Origin: Raja brachyura
Taxonomy: Eukaryota
Assembly: GCA_963514005.1 (NCBI GenBank)
Contig: OY740813.1
Span: 9,238,001 to 9,302,000, forward strand
DNA: 64,000 nucleotides
Direction: 5' to 3'
Positions 1 to 12,900 of the stretch are shown here, in pieces. The position numbers and the translations under genes were made by a program. Position 1 is the stretch's first letter. Each line of letters begins with the position of its first letter. The notes under the pieces were generated by a model. The model did not search any database. It saw only the letters and a list, made by a program, of their open reading frames with translations, and was not told the origin of the DNA.

Positions 1-299
1 GTAGGAGACAGGAAGCCTAAGGGAGGTAATGGTGAGGGAAGAGTACCAGCATGACATCGGTGCATCTGACCATGAAGACCTACGACATGAAGAGGATGTT
101 TATTTGAGAGTGAGCTGAGTGGTCTGGTGTCAACCAGATGGGTCGCTGCTGTGCTCTGCCGGCAGGATCCACTGAAGATGTTGCACAATTTACATTGATG
201 ATGTGGATTGCGTACAGACAAACAGATCTCCATAGTATCTCAGTACTCGGTTTTTACATTAATTGGACTGTATTTGACTTGTATTGACTATCATAATCA

Positions 300-1058
300 T
301 ACTTTATTAGCCTAGTATGTTTTGCAACGTACGAGGAATTTGATTTGCCATACAGTCATACCAATAAAAAAGCAACAAAACACCCAAAATACATTTTAAC
401 ATAAACACCCGCCACAGTGACTCCTCCACATTTATAACTGTGATGGAAGGCAAAATATAAAAAGTCCAATCTCTTCCCTCCTCGAGCCTTTCATTGATGG
501 GACGATCTTGGGTCCCATAGCCGGCGGTCAGGCCCTCCTCGTCGGGGGCGATCAAGCTCCCGCATCGGGGGGGGGGGGGGGGAGGAATCTCAGCTCCCCT
601 GCTTTCGGACCCTGGGAGGGGCTGGTCAAACCTCCTGCGAATTTGGAGCTTCACGACATCAGTCTATGCGAGACTGCAAGATCCTCGATGTTGAAATCTG
701 CAGGCCGTGGTTGGAGCGTCGATCCCAGGCAAGGGATCGCAGGCTCTGATGGTATGTCCACGGCCCCGCTGTGGGGCTCAAAGTCAGTCTGGAGCAAGGT
801 CGCCGGCTCCATGATGTTAGGCCGCAGAGCGACCGGAGATACGATCCAGAAAACAATCGCATCTCCACCAAGGTAAGAGATTGAAAACAAGTTTCCCCCT
901 GACCCCTTCCCCCACAACCCAGAGAAAACATTAACACCAGAGAACACCAAACAAACCAGAGAACATTAACACATACTTTAAAACAAACTAAAAATAACAA
1001 AAGAGACAAAAAGACTGACAGACCGTTGGCGCGGCTGTCATCGCTGACGGCGCCACCC
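300..1058 (-). mobile_element. Non-coding SINE-like retroelement with a Rex-type LINE 3' tail
   Basis: CpG-rich body; its 3' end (aattcctcgtacgt..catactaggctaataaa) matches the tail of the LINE at 55685-55722. Confidence 0.6.
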
Positions 1059-1559
1059 GTTGGCATTGTAACCTAAGAACAATGACAATTAATTTGTGCA
1101 TGGCAAAGGTCTTAAAAACACCAATAAGTTGATGACCATTTTATGTATTTTCCAGCAATGGTTTGGGATAAATATTGGACAAAATATGGAAATAATTCAC
1201 TTCAGATTTGTGGCATGGGATCAATTTTATCTCGCAGAACTGGTTATCCTATTTGAAAGACAGTGGATGTGACAAACCAGTACAGCCTCTGTACTGCATT
1301 AGGAGTGTTTGCCAGGAGTGTGCATGACTCTGACGTGAACTTGAATCTGACATGGAAATAATTGCAGTCTGCTGAGCCGCAGTGAGAAAAGCTGAAGCTT
1401 GTTAGTTGAGATTTTTCTCACTTGTATTGCAGAGAGGAGCATGGCTGCACACCAGCTAGCCAGAGGTCACTTATAAAGCCAGGAAAGTTTCAAACAATGG
1501 TGGTGATTTTCTACCTCATCACTGGATCCGTAAACATCAATCATTTAGATTGTTAAGAC

Positions 1560-2365
1560 CCTCTACATTTATCTATTGAGGAATGCAAAGATAGATTACA
1601 TAGATTGCCTGCCTGGTTAAAAACAAACATGGCTGATTCAGTGTAATGTTGATGAATGTGAAGTTAATCTTTTTGGAAGAAAAAAAACACATAGCATGTT
1701 ATATTTATGGTGATAGACTGGGAGATACTGAGGTAAAAAGGAACCTTGATGTGGATGTACACCAATCATTGAAAACAAACATGTAACTGCTACAAGCATT
1801 TGAGAAGATAAATAGAATGTTGGTCTTCTTGGCAAGAGAATCAAGTACAGAAGTAAGAATATCTACAACTGTACAGGGCTTCATGAGGTAACTCCTGGAG
1901 TATTGTATGTAATTTTGCTCAAGAAAGCAATCAAGGGATTGAGGTGTAGGTTCACCAGATTAATTCCTGAGATCTATGTTGGCATAAAATATATAAGAGC
2001 ACAGTATCTTATTTAATGGTGAGAGATTGAAAGGAGATGTTAGAAGATTGAAAACGTTTTTTCTCACCTCCGTCTCAAATGACCTCCCCAATCTTAGAAT
2101 AAAGGGGAGGTCATTTAAGACTGAGGTGAGAAAAAACATTTTCACCCAGAGAGTTGTGAATTTATGGAATTCCCTGCCACAGAGGGCAAGTCACTGGATG
2201 GATTTAAGAGAGAGTTAGATAGAGCTTCGGGGCTAGTGGAGTCAAGGGATATGGGGAGAAGGCAGGCACTGGTTATTGATAGGGGACGATCAGCCATGAT
2301 CACAATGAATAGCGGTGCTGGCTCGAAGGGCCGTATGGCCTCCTCCTGTACCTATTTTCTATGTT
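1560..2365 (+). mobile_element. CR1-type LINE fragments, including a younger 3' end (~2090-2365)
   Basis: FTQRVVNLWNSLP coding remnant and the gctcgaagggccg..tggcctcctcctg..ttttctatg terminus. Confidence 0.75.
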
Positions 2366-2399
2366 AGTCAAAAGGCCCTGCATCATTGAAGTCAGCATG

Positions 2400-3120
2400 C
2401 AGGTTTGGGTTTAATGTCACGTGTAATGAGGTACAGTGAAAAGCTTTAGTTTGCATGCTGTCCAAACAGATCAGATATACTATACATAAATACAATCAAG
2501 TTAAACTCAAGTACCAGAGATTGAGGAAAGGGTAACATACAGAGTGCAGAATATGGTTCAAAATCTAAGCCTTAATGCAACTCAACAGAATACTTTCTAA
2601 GGTGTATCTGTAGAATTTTGTAAGAGTCACTGGAGACATGCAGAATTTCCTCAGGTTGTTGTGCCTTCTTGTCTGTGGCATCCTCGATGTCCATGACAGA
2701 TCATTGGTAATATTAACGCTACGGAACTTGAAGCTCTCCACCATTTCCAATTCTGCAGCATCGATGCTGATTGAGGCATGCATTCCGCCATGCTTCCCAA
2801 AGTCAATAACTAGCTCCTTCGTCCTTCTTGAGGCAGGGGGAATGCATCAAGAGGGTAGGGAGTGGATGAAGGCTGGCGATAATGTGCACCACCACCAGTC
2901 TCTTGAAGCACCTCATGGTGGTGGTTGTCTGAGCCACTGAGTCAAGAGTGTTTTATTGTCATATGTCCCAAATAGGACAATGAAATTCTGAACAGTGGTC
3001 ATTGAGGCACGCTGCCTTACTTTCTTTGGCACAGGGACCATGGTGGTCTTTTTGATGAAGGTGGGGACTTCAGAATGGAGTAGTGAGAGGTTAAAGATGT
3101 CAGTAAATACCTCTGACCGG
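2400..3120 (-). mobile_element. Rex1/Babar-type LINE fragments
   Basis: LEMVESFKF..ITNDLSWTS..LRKF.MSPVTLTKFYR..ESILLSCI remnant plus tail. Confidence 0.75.
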
Positions 3121-3810
3121 TCCTGAGGATGCAGCAGGTATAAAAAAAGAAATTAAAAAGTAATCGGTATGTTGACTTTCATTACGAGAGAATTGAAGTT
3201 TGATTTGGGACATCTTGATCTACTTGGTCTGGTGAGATCAGATTGGGAGAAGTGCCTTCCTCTGTAAAGAATTATATATCTGTGAGACAGGAAGGAAAAC
3301 CAAGGTTTAGCTAAACATTAGTCAGACAGGCACTGTTTTCTCTTGAGTTTAGAAGAATGAGAATGATCCTTTGGATATTCCTGAATAGTTTGAGGATGTG
3401 AATTTTTTGAATTTTCTACTCGAGCAGCGTCTGGAGACTTGATGATTGCTGGGTGTATTTAAGTTGGAGACCAGTGGATTTTAAATGCAATGGGAATCAT
3501 GGGACATGGAGTTTGTGTAGGAAAGTGACAAAAGGACACAAAGTGCTGGAGTGATTCAGTGGACCCAGAGACAGCATCTCTGGAGAAGATGGATAGGTAA
3601 CGTTTCGGGTCAAGACCCTTCTTCAAACTGCAGGAAAATGATGCGGGTGTCAGAGAGCAGCTGTGATATTGAATGCCATCTGGGGCTGAATAGCCTTCTC
3701 TTATTTCTTATGTTGCCATCCTCTTGTATTTTAGTGCTGCCCTGCTAGTCGGCAGTTTACCGTTGCAGAGGGTGGAACCGAGGAGGCGATACACGTGAAG
3801 CGCACACAGC

Positions 3811-3916
3811 ATGACGCAGCCGGTGATTGTTGGTGACTTGGTTCTGCTGTTGGAATCTACAAATCTTCAAATCTTTGAGGACGTGAAAGTACTTGTCGTG
3901 GACCACCTTCGCTCAG
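3811..3916 (+). CDS. TSC1: TSC1 coding exon 1
   Basis: [35 protein letters not shown]; 106 nt, then donor gtcagg. Confidence 0.88.
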
Positions 3917-6900
3917 GTCAGGCTCTCAAACTCTGGTCCTGTTGGGGCTTTTTGCGCAGTATGTTCCTATGTGATTTTTCTTTTTGTTTAATTATACTTT
4001 AAAAAAAAATATCACAAAGTATATTTTGGTTAAGATCTTTTAGACTTTGGCAGTGCTTGCATCACCACAGGTTAGTTTAGGTGTCTCATTGTTACACCAT
4101 TTTCTTTCTGAGATTGCAACTATGAGAAGTGGAACATGGAACAGTACAGCATAAGAACAGGCCAATGTCTATGCCAAACATGATACCAAGCTAAACTAAT
4201 TTCATCTATACTCTAATATTCCCTGCAGATTTGTGTACCCATCTAGAAGTCACCTAATTGCCACTGTTGTTTCTATGCCTCCACCACTACCACCCTCCAC
4301 AGCATGTTCCAGACACCCGCCATTCTCAGTGTAAAAAAAAACATGCCCCGCACATGTCCTCAAAACTTTGCATCTTTCACCTTAAAGTTATGTCCTCCAG
4401 TCTTTGAAATTTCCACTTTGAGAAAAAAGTTCTGACTCTCTACCTTATCTATGCCTCGGATAATGTTATATACTTTTATCAGGTCTCATCCTCCAACGCT
4501 TCAGAGAAAATAATCCAACTTTGTTCAGCCTCATTTTATAGCTATTACCCTCTAACCGGTCAATTCAATGGAGGTGAATTAAGTTTATATGCACAAGTAT
4601 GGCGAGTTATAGATACAATGAAAATCTTCCTTTCAGCCACAATGTGTGGTTTTCAGTTTAGGTATCTCAGTTTACTCTGGTAATGGAAAATCTTAAAATT
4701 CCTATATTTTCATGAAACCTTGGCAGAAGTACAAAGAATTGGAGGATAACTCTCTTAAATTGGCCTTCAATGACACGAGTATTTCCAGATTAATGTTCCT
4801 GTGTAGGAAGGAACTGCAGATGCTGGCGTAAACCGAAGATAGACACAAAATGCTGGAGTAACTCAGCGGGACAGGCAGCATCTCTGGAGAGAAGAAATAA
4901 GCGAAGTTTCGGGTCGAGACCCTTCTTCAGACATATCAGGGGAGAGGGAGATACATAGATAAGGAAAAGTAAGGGGTGAAAACAGGACACGGGAATGAAG
5001 TTTAAGGAAAATGGGAAAATAGATCATTGTTAGCTGGGAGATGGCAACAACAAAGCAAACAGATAAAATGTAGTCTGAGACAGTCAGACATGTCGGAGAA
5101 CTGGGGGAGGGATAGGGAGAGGGAAAGCAAGGGTTACTTGAAGTTAGAGAAGTCCATGTTCATATTGCTGGGATTTAAGCTGCCCAAACGAAATATGAGG
5201 CGCTGTTCCTCCAATTTGCACTGGGTCTCACTCTGACAACGGATGAGGCCAACAGAAAGATTAGTGTGGAAAAGGAAGGGGGGAGTTAAAATATTTAGCA
5301 ACCGGTAGATCAGGTAGGTTTAGGCGCACTGAGCAGAGGTGTTCAGCAAAACTATCGTTGAGCATGGACTCTGCTCATTGTTGAGGCTCTTATCAGAGCC
5401 GTGCGGCACAGAAGGAAGCCATTCATCCTATTATGCCTGTTGAAGCTCTTGGAGGGAACCACTCAATTGTGGGCTGTTCATAACTCCTTTTTTTCATTCA
5501 ATATCATCATTAAAGTTACTATCTAGTTTCCTTCTGGTAACCTTTGCGTTTCAGATTATAAAAATCTGTTTTATGTAATGTTCTCTGCACCTACCCTTTT
5601 TTTGTGCCAATTTCCTTAAATACTGCTTCATTCATTAGCAAGTGAGTAAAAATAATATGAGACTGCAGATGGTGGAATCTGGAGCAAAAATACAATTGCT
5701 GAAAGAACCAGCGCTTTGGGCAGCATCTGTTTTGTGGGGGTGGAGACGGTAGGAATTATTTGCATTTTGTGTCGAGACTCTGTGTCATTCCTAATGCAGT
5801 GTCTTGACTCGAATCATTAACATTTTCTCCCCCTCCCCCTCCATAGATGCGACTTGAACTGCCGAGTTCCTCCAACAGTTTGTTTTTAAGTCAAAGTGGA
5901 CAGCCTGTCAAACTTGCAGCACCCTCAGTGATATTTACCTCAAACATTCATCTAACACCAATCCCAGCTTCTCTTGGCTCTCCTTGTGGTTAATTTTGCT
6001 TTACCTCTGCAACTATCATAGTGTGGTGATCACGTTGTTCCCAGTCGAGGCTCAGTGAGTGAATGAAATAGATACATTATTTCATGCAAAGGATCATGGA
6101 GTCATCCTCCTCTTCAACCAATGTATTTTGAAATGCCGTTTTGCAAAGTTGAGTGAACTCTTGCTCAACTGGTAAAATTTCCGTGTATGTGTCAACTATT
6201 TGTTGATATGTCTGCAGATCGTGGCCCCTTGATGCTGAACTCATTAGTCGATCATTACCTGGAATATAATTCTCTGCCGGCTGTGCAGATTCTTGCAGCT
6301 GTACAGGAGCCTCATGATAAGGTAAGCAGTGTGGTGACTGTGAAGACATATTTATATTTATGCTTTTAAATGCACAATCACCAAGTGCCCTGATACTCCT
6401 TAGTGTAGATAAAAGGTAAAAGGATGAATTCATAGTGGCCAATTAATCTACCAATATGTCTGGGAGGTGGAAGGAAATCAAAGCAACTTGTAGATGGATT
6501 GATTAGTAAGTTTGCAGACAGCACCAAAATCAGTGGTGTGGTGGACAGGGAGGAAGGTTGTCAAAGTATACAGCCAGATATGGATCAGTTACAGAAATGG
6601 GCAGAGAAATGGCAGATGGAATATAACCTGAGCAAGTGTGAGGTGTTGCAGTTTGGGAGTTTGAATGTAAGAGGAATGTATAGAGTTAATGGCAAGACCC
6701 TTAACAGCATTGATATAGAGGGGGATCTTGGGGTCCAAGTTCATAAATCCCTGAAAGTGGCAAGATGTAGATATAGTGGTAAAGGAGGCAAATTGTATGC
6801 TTGCCTTCATTGATCAGGGCATTGAGTATAAGAGTCAAGAGGTCATGATGCAGCTCTTTAAGACTTTGATTATACTGCCTGTGGAGTTTAGGGTGCAATT

Positions 6901-9900
6901 CTGGTTGCCCCATTACAGCAAGAATGGAGATTGGTGCTTGGATTAGAATGTGTAATCTATAGAGAGGTTGGACAGATTTGGATTGTTTTCTCTGGAAATT
7001 TGGTGGGGAAACCTGATAAAAGTCTATACAATTGAAAGGCATAGATAGGGTGGATGGACAGAACCTTTTTCTCCAGCATGGAAATGTCAAAGACTAGAAG
7101 GCAGAGCTTAAGGTGACAGGGGCAAAGTTTAAAGATAATGCGCGAGGCAAGTTTTACACAGAGAGTGGTGGGCACCTGGAATGCATTGCCAGTTCATCCA
7201 CTGGTTCCCCTTTATCTACAGCACATGTTACCTCAAAGAATGTGATTGCACATGATTTCCTTTAAAAGAAACCACGTTGACTGAAATTTCCGAAGCCTTT
7301 TGCACGAATATTCATTATAAAGCCTTCTAATGTTTGCCTTGCTTCCATTTTGAATAAAGAATTTAAATTTATTAATTTTATTAGTAAATAAAATAATCTG
7401 TAATTCTGAAAATTAAAAACGGCATTAACTCTCTTGAATGCAGTTTCAGTGGTCCAAGACTTGGCTATCATCTGTTCAGACAATTTCTTCCGCTTCACTG
7501 CCTCAGTGGTTGTAATTTTCTTGTTCTGATTCCCAATATAAATCTACTTTAGAAACTTGTATCCTTTGTTGAAGATCGACCTGTTAACTCATCTGCCATT
7601 TTGCTATTTTCAATTATTATCTCCATAGATTTGCTGTTTGTATGACCAATGCTCACTTGGTTAATTAATTGTTAAATATCTGTGGAAATTCTTACGATCT
7701 GCTTTTAATTTTTAAATCTTGTAAACTATTTCCTTCCTTAATTTTTCAGTCATTCTTTGCAGCTTTTCATAATTTGTCTAATCTTTTGACACACCACCTA
7801 TCTTTTTACAATTATGAGTTTTCATTATGTTTCATACTTTTTACCTCTTCCTTACTCATTCAAGTGTATTGTGCTGTATTCTGAAAGGCCCTTTTTGAAA
7901 TGCCTGCCACTGTATCTTGATTGGCCTTCAGTTCACTTGAATCTCTGCTTTCATGCTCTCATAATTGCCTTTATATTAAAAAAATACTACCAGCCGTGCC
8001 TTTCTGTACTATAGTGTGGTTACATTTAGGGGTAGTTGTACAGTACCCACTTTTTGTCGTACAAAGTGCATTCCTTGCACTGCTGGTGCACGATGGCTGC
8101 TCCAAATATAATCTGTAGGATTCAAAGCCATTTACTTAAGATGGATGGTATACATACAGTCTTCATTGATGTTAGATGCATTTCTTTGGTCTTCCTGTCT
8201 ACCAGTCCAACGTGAGAACCTTCAACACAGGTTGGATTCATTTTAAAAAAATGGTCCATCCCCATCTTCTCAAAGACCACTGGGACTGGATGTCCTTAAA
8301 AGTAATGCCTGTGAACATTCAAAAGAAAGATGGTGATTGGAACCGTAGCCTTGAGAGGACCAAATGTGTTTCAATCTTCAGACCTTTCTCTTGGCAAGAT
8401 GGTAAATTATGCGAGTGTTCCCATATGGACACTGATTGCTTACTGCACTCCATGCAATCTGGCCTTTTTCCATCTGCCTCAACCAAGTATCATGTTTGTT
8501 TTTTAAGCATTGGCTAAAAGTCAATAGCAAGGTTCCCAGCTGTTTTCTTCTCGTGACCCACTTGATATTCAAGGGCATTGGAGTAATCCCTCTGTATCTG
8601 GTAAAGGCTCATGTCCCAGAGTCCCTTCCATGCCAAGTACTGTGTACATCAACTGAATGATGGGGATCTTAAATATTACTGCTGCCAGAAAAAATCCTGC
8701 AAGGAGAGCATATTTTACTGTAACACCACACTCTGATCCCCCCCCTCCCATCAATGAGGTAAGGAGAGGTGACATTAAGAACCCGTCGGGCTAGTTGCAT
8801 TTGGAAGTTTAACTGTGATTTAGTACTGGGATTAGCCTATTTAAAATCATCTTGGTGGGAATCTTAATAAGCAAGGCTAGCAGCACTAATGCATTTGAGA
8901 AGTTTTAAAATAGCCAAGGTAGGGAACAAGAGTTGCACAATGTCCATGACCGCAGTCTGCTCTCTGAATGAACATTAGTGAGCTATTTGACCCATTATAC
9001 CGATTCACAACATGGATTATTTTTTACTGGTTCTGGATTTGATCCCAGAATTTAGCACAACAAAATGAATTCAAAGTTCTGGCACTGACCTGGGCCAAAT
9101 AACTTGTATCGATGTATCACTCAAATGGTTCTAAATTTACTAACTGCTATAATGGGATTTGACCGCACATTCCAAACTACTAGTCTAGTTATGTAACTAT
9201 GCATGTGATATATGTGTCCATGTCTCAGACTCACAAATGCCTATTGGTTTTTAATCCAAATTTGGTGGGTAAATTGGGGGAGTTTCCAGAATTCAGCCCA
9301 CTTCTTTCTCTTTTCAGCATCTTTTGGATCGACTAAACGAGTGCATGGGGAAGGCCGTCACTCGACTATCTGCCGTAACATTATTGGGTCACGTTATCCG
9401 ACGCGAACCAACTTGGATTCATAAACTCTGCCGTGCACCTGTGCTGGTTTCACTGCTCAAGTATCTGAAGGTTCAGTATTCATAATTTAAAAACATTATT
9501 TAACTGAACTTTATTTTTCTCTTCATGCCCCCAGTGTTTCTATCTTATTTCATGTTTCCACACAAGATGTGCTTTAACAATGACTTACTTGCTAAACGAT
9601 GGCAGTGTATGGATTTAAATTATAGTTACTTTGCTAGTGGACTTGAGTGGCTTACTTCGTCATTTTGTCCAATGAAGATTTTGAAATAATCTCCTTTCCT
9701 CCTCTTCTCTCTCAATCCTCATGGCCCCCATATCCTTTTGATTTCCAATGAGACCCTTCCGAATAATCAGACTGGACCGTCTCTGAATGATATTTCATAT
9801 AGATGAGTCTGTGACTTGTATCTGTCCCTTGCCTGAAAGTTATTTTTTGCTCTTGGGAGTCTTGGTGAATACCAAAGTTCTTTGGCCAAAACAACTCTTT

Positions 9901-12900
9901 GGCCTTAAGTCTTTGGTCACTGGGTAATTAAAAAAAAATAATAATAATATACATTATCTCAAGGGCTTCAGTGAGGCAATGACCTGGTATCGTTCTGAAG
10001 AAGGATCCTGATCCGAAACATCTCCTGTCCATTGCCTCCACAGATGCTGCCTGACCTGCTGAGTTCCTCCAGCACTTGTTTTGCTAATGACCAAGAAACC
10101 TGGTTCAGTTATGTTGTGGGTGTTTTCAGGACATGGAAGACCTCTCTGGTCTTCAGAATCCACAAATGGCCCTTCCTTTGTTACTGCATGGAAATGCCTG
10201 CCTGCATTGTGCACTGGAGTACATTAAGTGGGGCCTGTACCTGCAACCTTGTGATTCTGAGTGCTGCCCATTGAGCTACGGCTGACGCATCAGATTTTGT
10301 GTATTTTAATGCTAGGGTTTTGGGGGGGGGGGGGGGGGGGGGGAGCTTTTCTGTGCCTGGTAAAGTCATGTGGTTAACTGGAATAATGTCATCCAGAAAA
10401 CTGTCAAAAGTCAACCCCCTTGGGGTTTGGATTTATGGGGTATGATTATTAAAGCATCTGGAATCATAAGCATACAGACTGGGTAAATACAAATCATCTA
10501 TGATCTAATTAAATGGACAGATCAAGCCAGTGAGCAGCCTTCTGAATGCTAAAATGAACACAGAAGCATTATTCTAAAACTATTCTCGTTGCCTCGGGCA
10601 TTGAAGGACTTCATCAAAGTTGTGTTATCCAATCTCATGGTCTGCCTTTGTTAATTTGATCTTCTCTACAGACGGACACGGACGTTGTATTCCTGACCAC
10701 TGGAGTTCTTGTATTAATCATCCTCCTGCCAATGATCCCGCAGGCTGGGAAGCAGTATCTCCTTGATTTCTTTGAAATTTTTGGTCGCTTGGCTGCCTGG
10801 AACCTGCGGAATCCAGGTACGCTGATGCAACACAAAGAGTGATGGCCTTGCACGTGAGGGATTTGGGAGTGTGGGTTAGCAAACACCGTTTTTCCCACCT
10901 TTAGAAGACCTAGTAGACTTTTATTGTAACAGTACTGTAACAACAATCTTCTTTGAGTTAAGTTTAGTGAACAGAATGGAGATTTAGGAGTTCGGACTCT
11001 AGTCAGTAGGTACGAGTATTTGAAATGGCAGTCTCATTTACGTACTCAAGGTTAACTAATTTGGAGATACTATGTGCAGTTTAGAAAGTTGGGAGATGGG
11101 GTGGCTTGACCTTTGCACTCTGGAAAGAAGAACTTGGATTTGCGCAAGTCCTTTCATTGGTTTAGGATATCCAAACTGCTTTTTGTGATGAAAGCCTGCC
11201 TGGCAGCCGATGTTAGTATTCTAACATTGAAAATGAGCAGACCTGTTTATTTTCATGATGCAAGTTGAGGGATAAATATTAGCCAGGAGACTGGGAGGAA
11301 TCCCCTGTATTAATGCAAAATGGTGGCTATGGGTTTTTTTTGTTTACACAAAGGTGACGTCTTATAATATACATTCAAAATTATTCTAATCTATAACTTA
11401 GGTGTTAAGCCTTTATGCTTGGCGGCCCATATATATTTATAACAAGACAACATTTTGTAAAATGAGGAAATATGATTGGTGAAATACTGAATAGTAAGGA
11501 ACTGCAGATGCTGGTCTATTTTTTAAAATTAACTTTTAACTAACTTAATTTCAAGTTTTTGTGTGTCTTGTGTTGTGACAGTCGGCAGACCAGTTTCCCT
11601 CCGGGTATGAATAAACTTTTATATCATATACCGAAGAGAGAAACAAACTGCTGGAGTAACTCAGCGTGTCAGGCAGCATCTCGGGCTGAAGGAGGGACCT
11701 GACCAAAAACGTCACCCACCCATTTTTTCCAGAGATGCTGCCTGACCCGCTGAGTTACTCCAGCACTTTATGTGTCTCTCGGGTGAAATACTGGTTCCTC
11801 CCATTAGATCTGTGGGAGAAATAATGAATATTTTGTGTGTGTAATCCTAGTTCAGCAGCTTTCTGTACATTACATTTTTACCAACTACTTCATTGATCAC
11901 TCATTGGAATAATGAAACTGATGCAAAAGCACTTGACCCAAGTCTGTAGTTACCAATGCCAGTCTATGAATGACAAATTTGCTATTAAGCAAATTGATAC
12001 AAAGGGAATAAGGAAACTTTCTGAAGTGCTTTTCTTTTTAATGACTAGAACTGAGGAAAACTTGGAAGTTCACCTCTAAAGTTATCAATGTTTGATAATG
12101 TCAATGGTTGTACTATCTCCTTTATCTAATTGTTTTTCTATTGTTTCCAGGCCAAGTGCCAGAAGTGTATCTGATTCATCTACATGCCAGTGTTTATGCA
12201 TTGTTTCACCGTCTATATGGGATGTACCCGTGCAACTTTGTGTCCTACCTCCGCTCTCACTACAGTATGAAGGAAAATGTGGAGATCTTTGAGGAGGTGG
12301 TAAAGGTAAGAATAAGGACATTTTCTTTGGAAATGGGATGGGGAGGTGAAACTTTTGAGTTAACTGTGCACCTTGATTAGTCACTTCACATGGGTACTGG
12401 TGTGGGACTGGAGTTGAATTGATCAAACAAGATAAAGATGGTGGAAGGATTGACAATCTATGGTGAGATGGGGGTTGGATGATAAGCTGCATAAAAGACC
12501 AGCTGGATTTTGCCGAGAATGGTAGGAGGGACTGGACTTGGGACGTGGAAGATGAAGGCAGGCTCAGCTTGACATCTAACATCTATGATTCTATTGACAT
12601 ATATTTAAATGCCACTGTCTGCACTCTAGCTGGTACACAACTTTGGTAGGGTGAGCATGAAAGCAGTCGGCTTCAGTGGGTCAATGCTTTTGAGGAGAGA
12701 ATGATTTCTGTGTGGGCAAGTAGATGTATTTGTTAATTAAAAAGCAGTATTCTTCTAAACTGTTAAATCCTTGGTTGAATTTTGGAGGCAATTCTTTCCT
12801 TTGTAATTAACACAATAGTTTCTAAGCAGTAAAGCACAAATTCTAGAAATACAAAGGTCAAATGGCAGCTGTGGATTGAAAAATAAAATTATTTGGGCCA

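Noticed and set aside
307-1066. Overlapping 99-135 aa ORFs on both strands
   Set aside because: They lie in a GC-rich interspersed repeat and show no recognisable domain or splice structure.
1433-1529. Possible TSC1 5' UTR exon (cttgtattgcag|..|gtaaac) containing an ATG
   Set aside because: The donor is weak, it adjoins a decayed SINE, and there is no independent support without transcripts.
10322-10343. Long G/C homopolymers (also ~568-582, 37761-37778, 56459-56473)
   Set aside because: Simple low-complexity runs with uncertain assembled length and no evidence of function.
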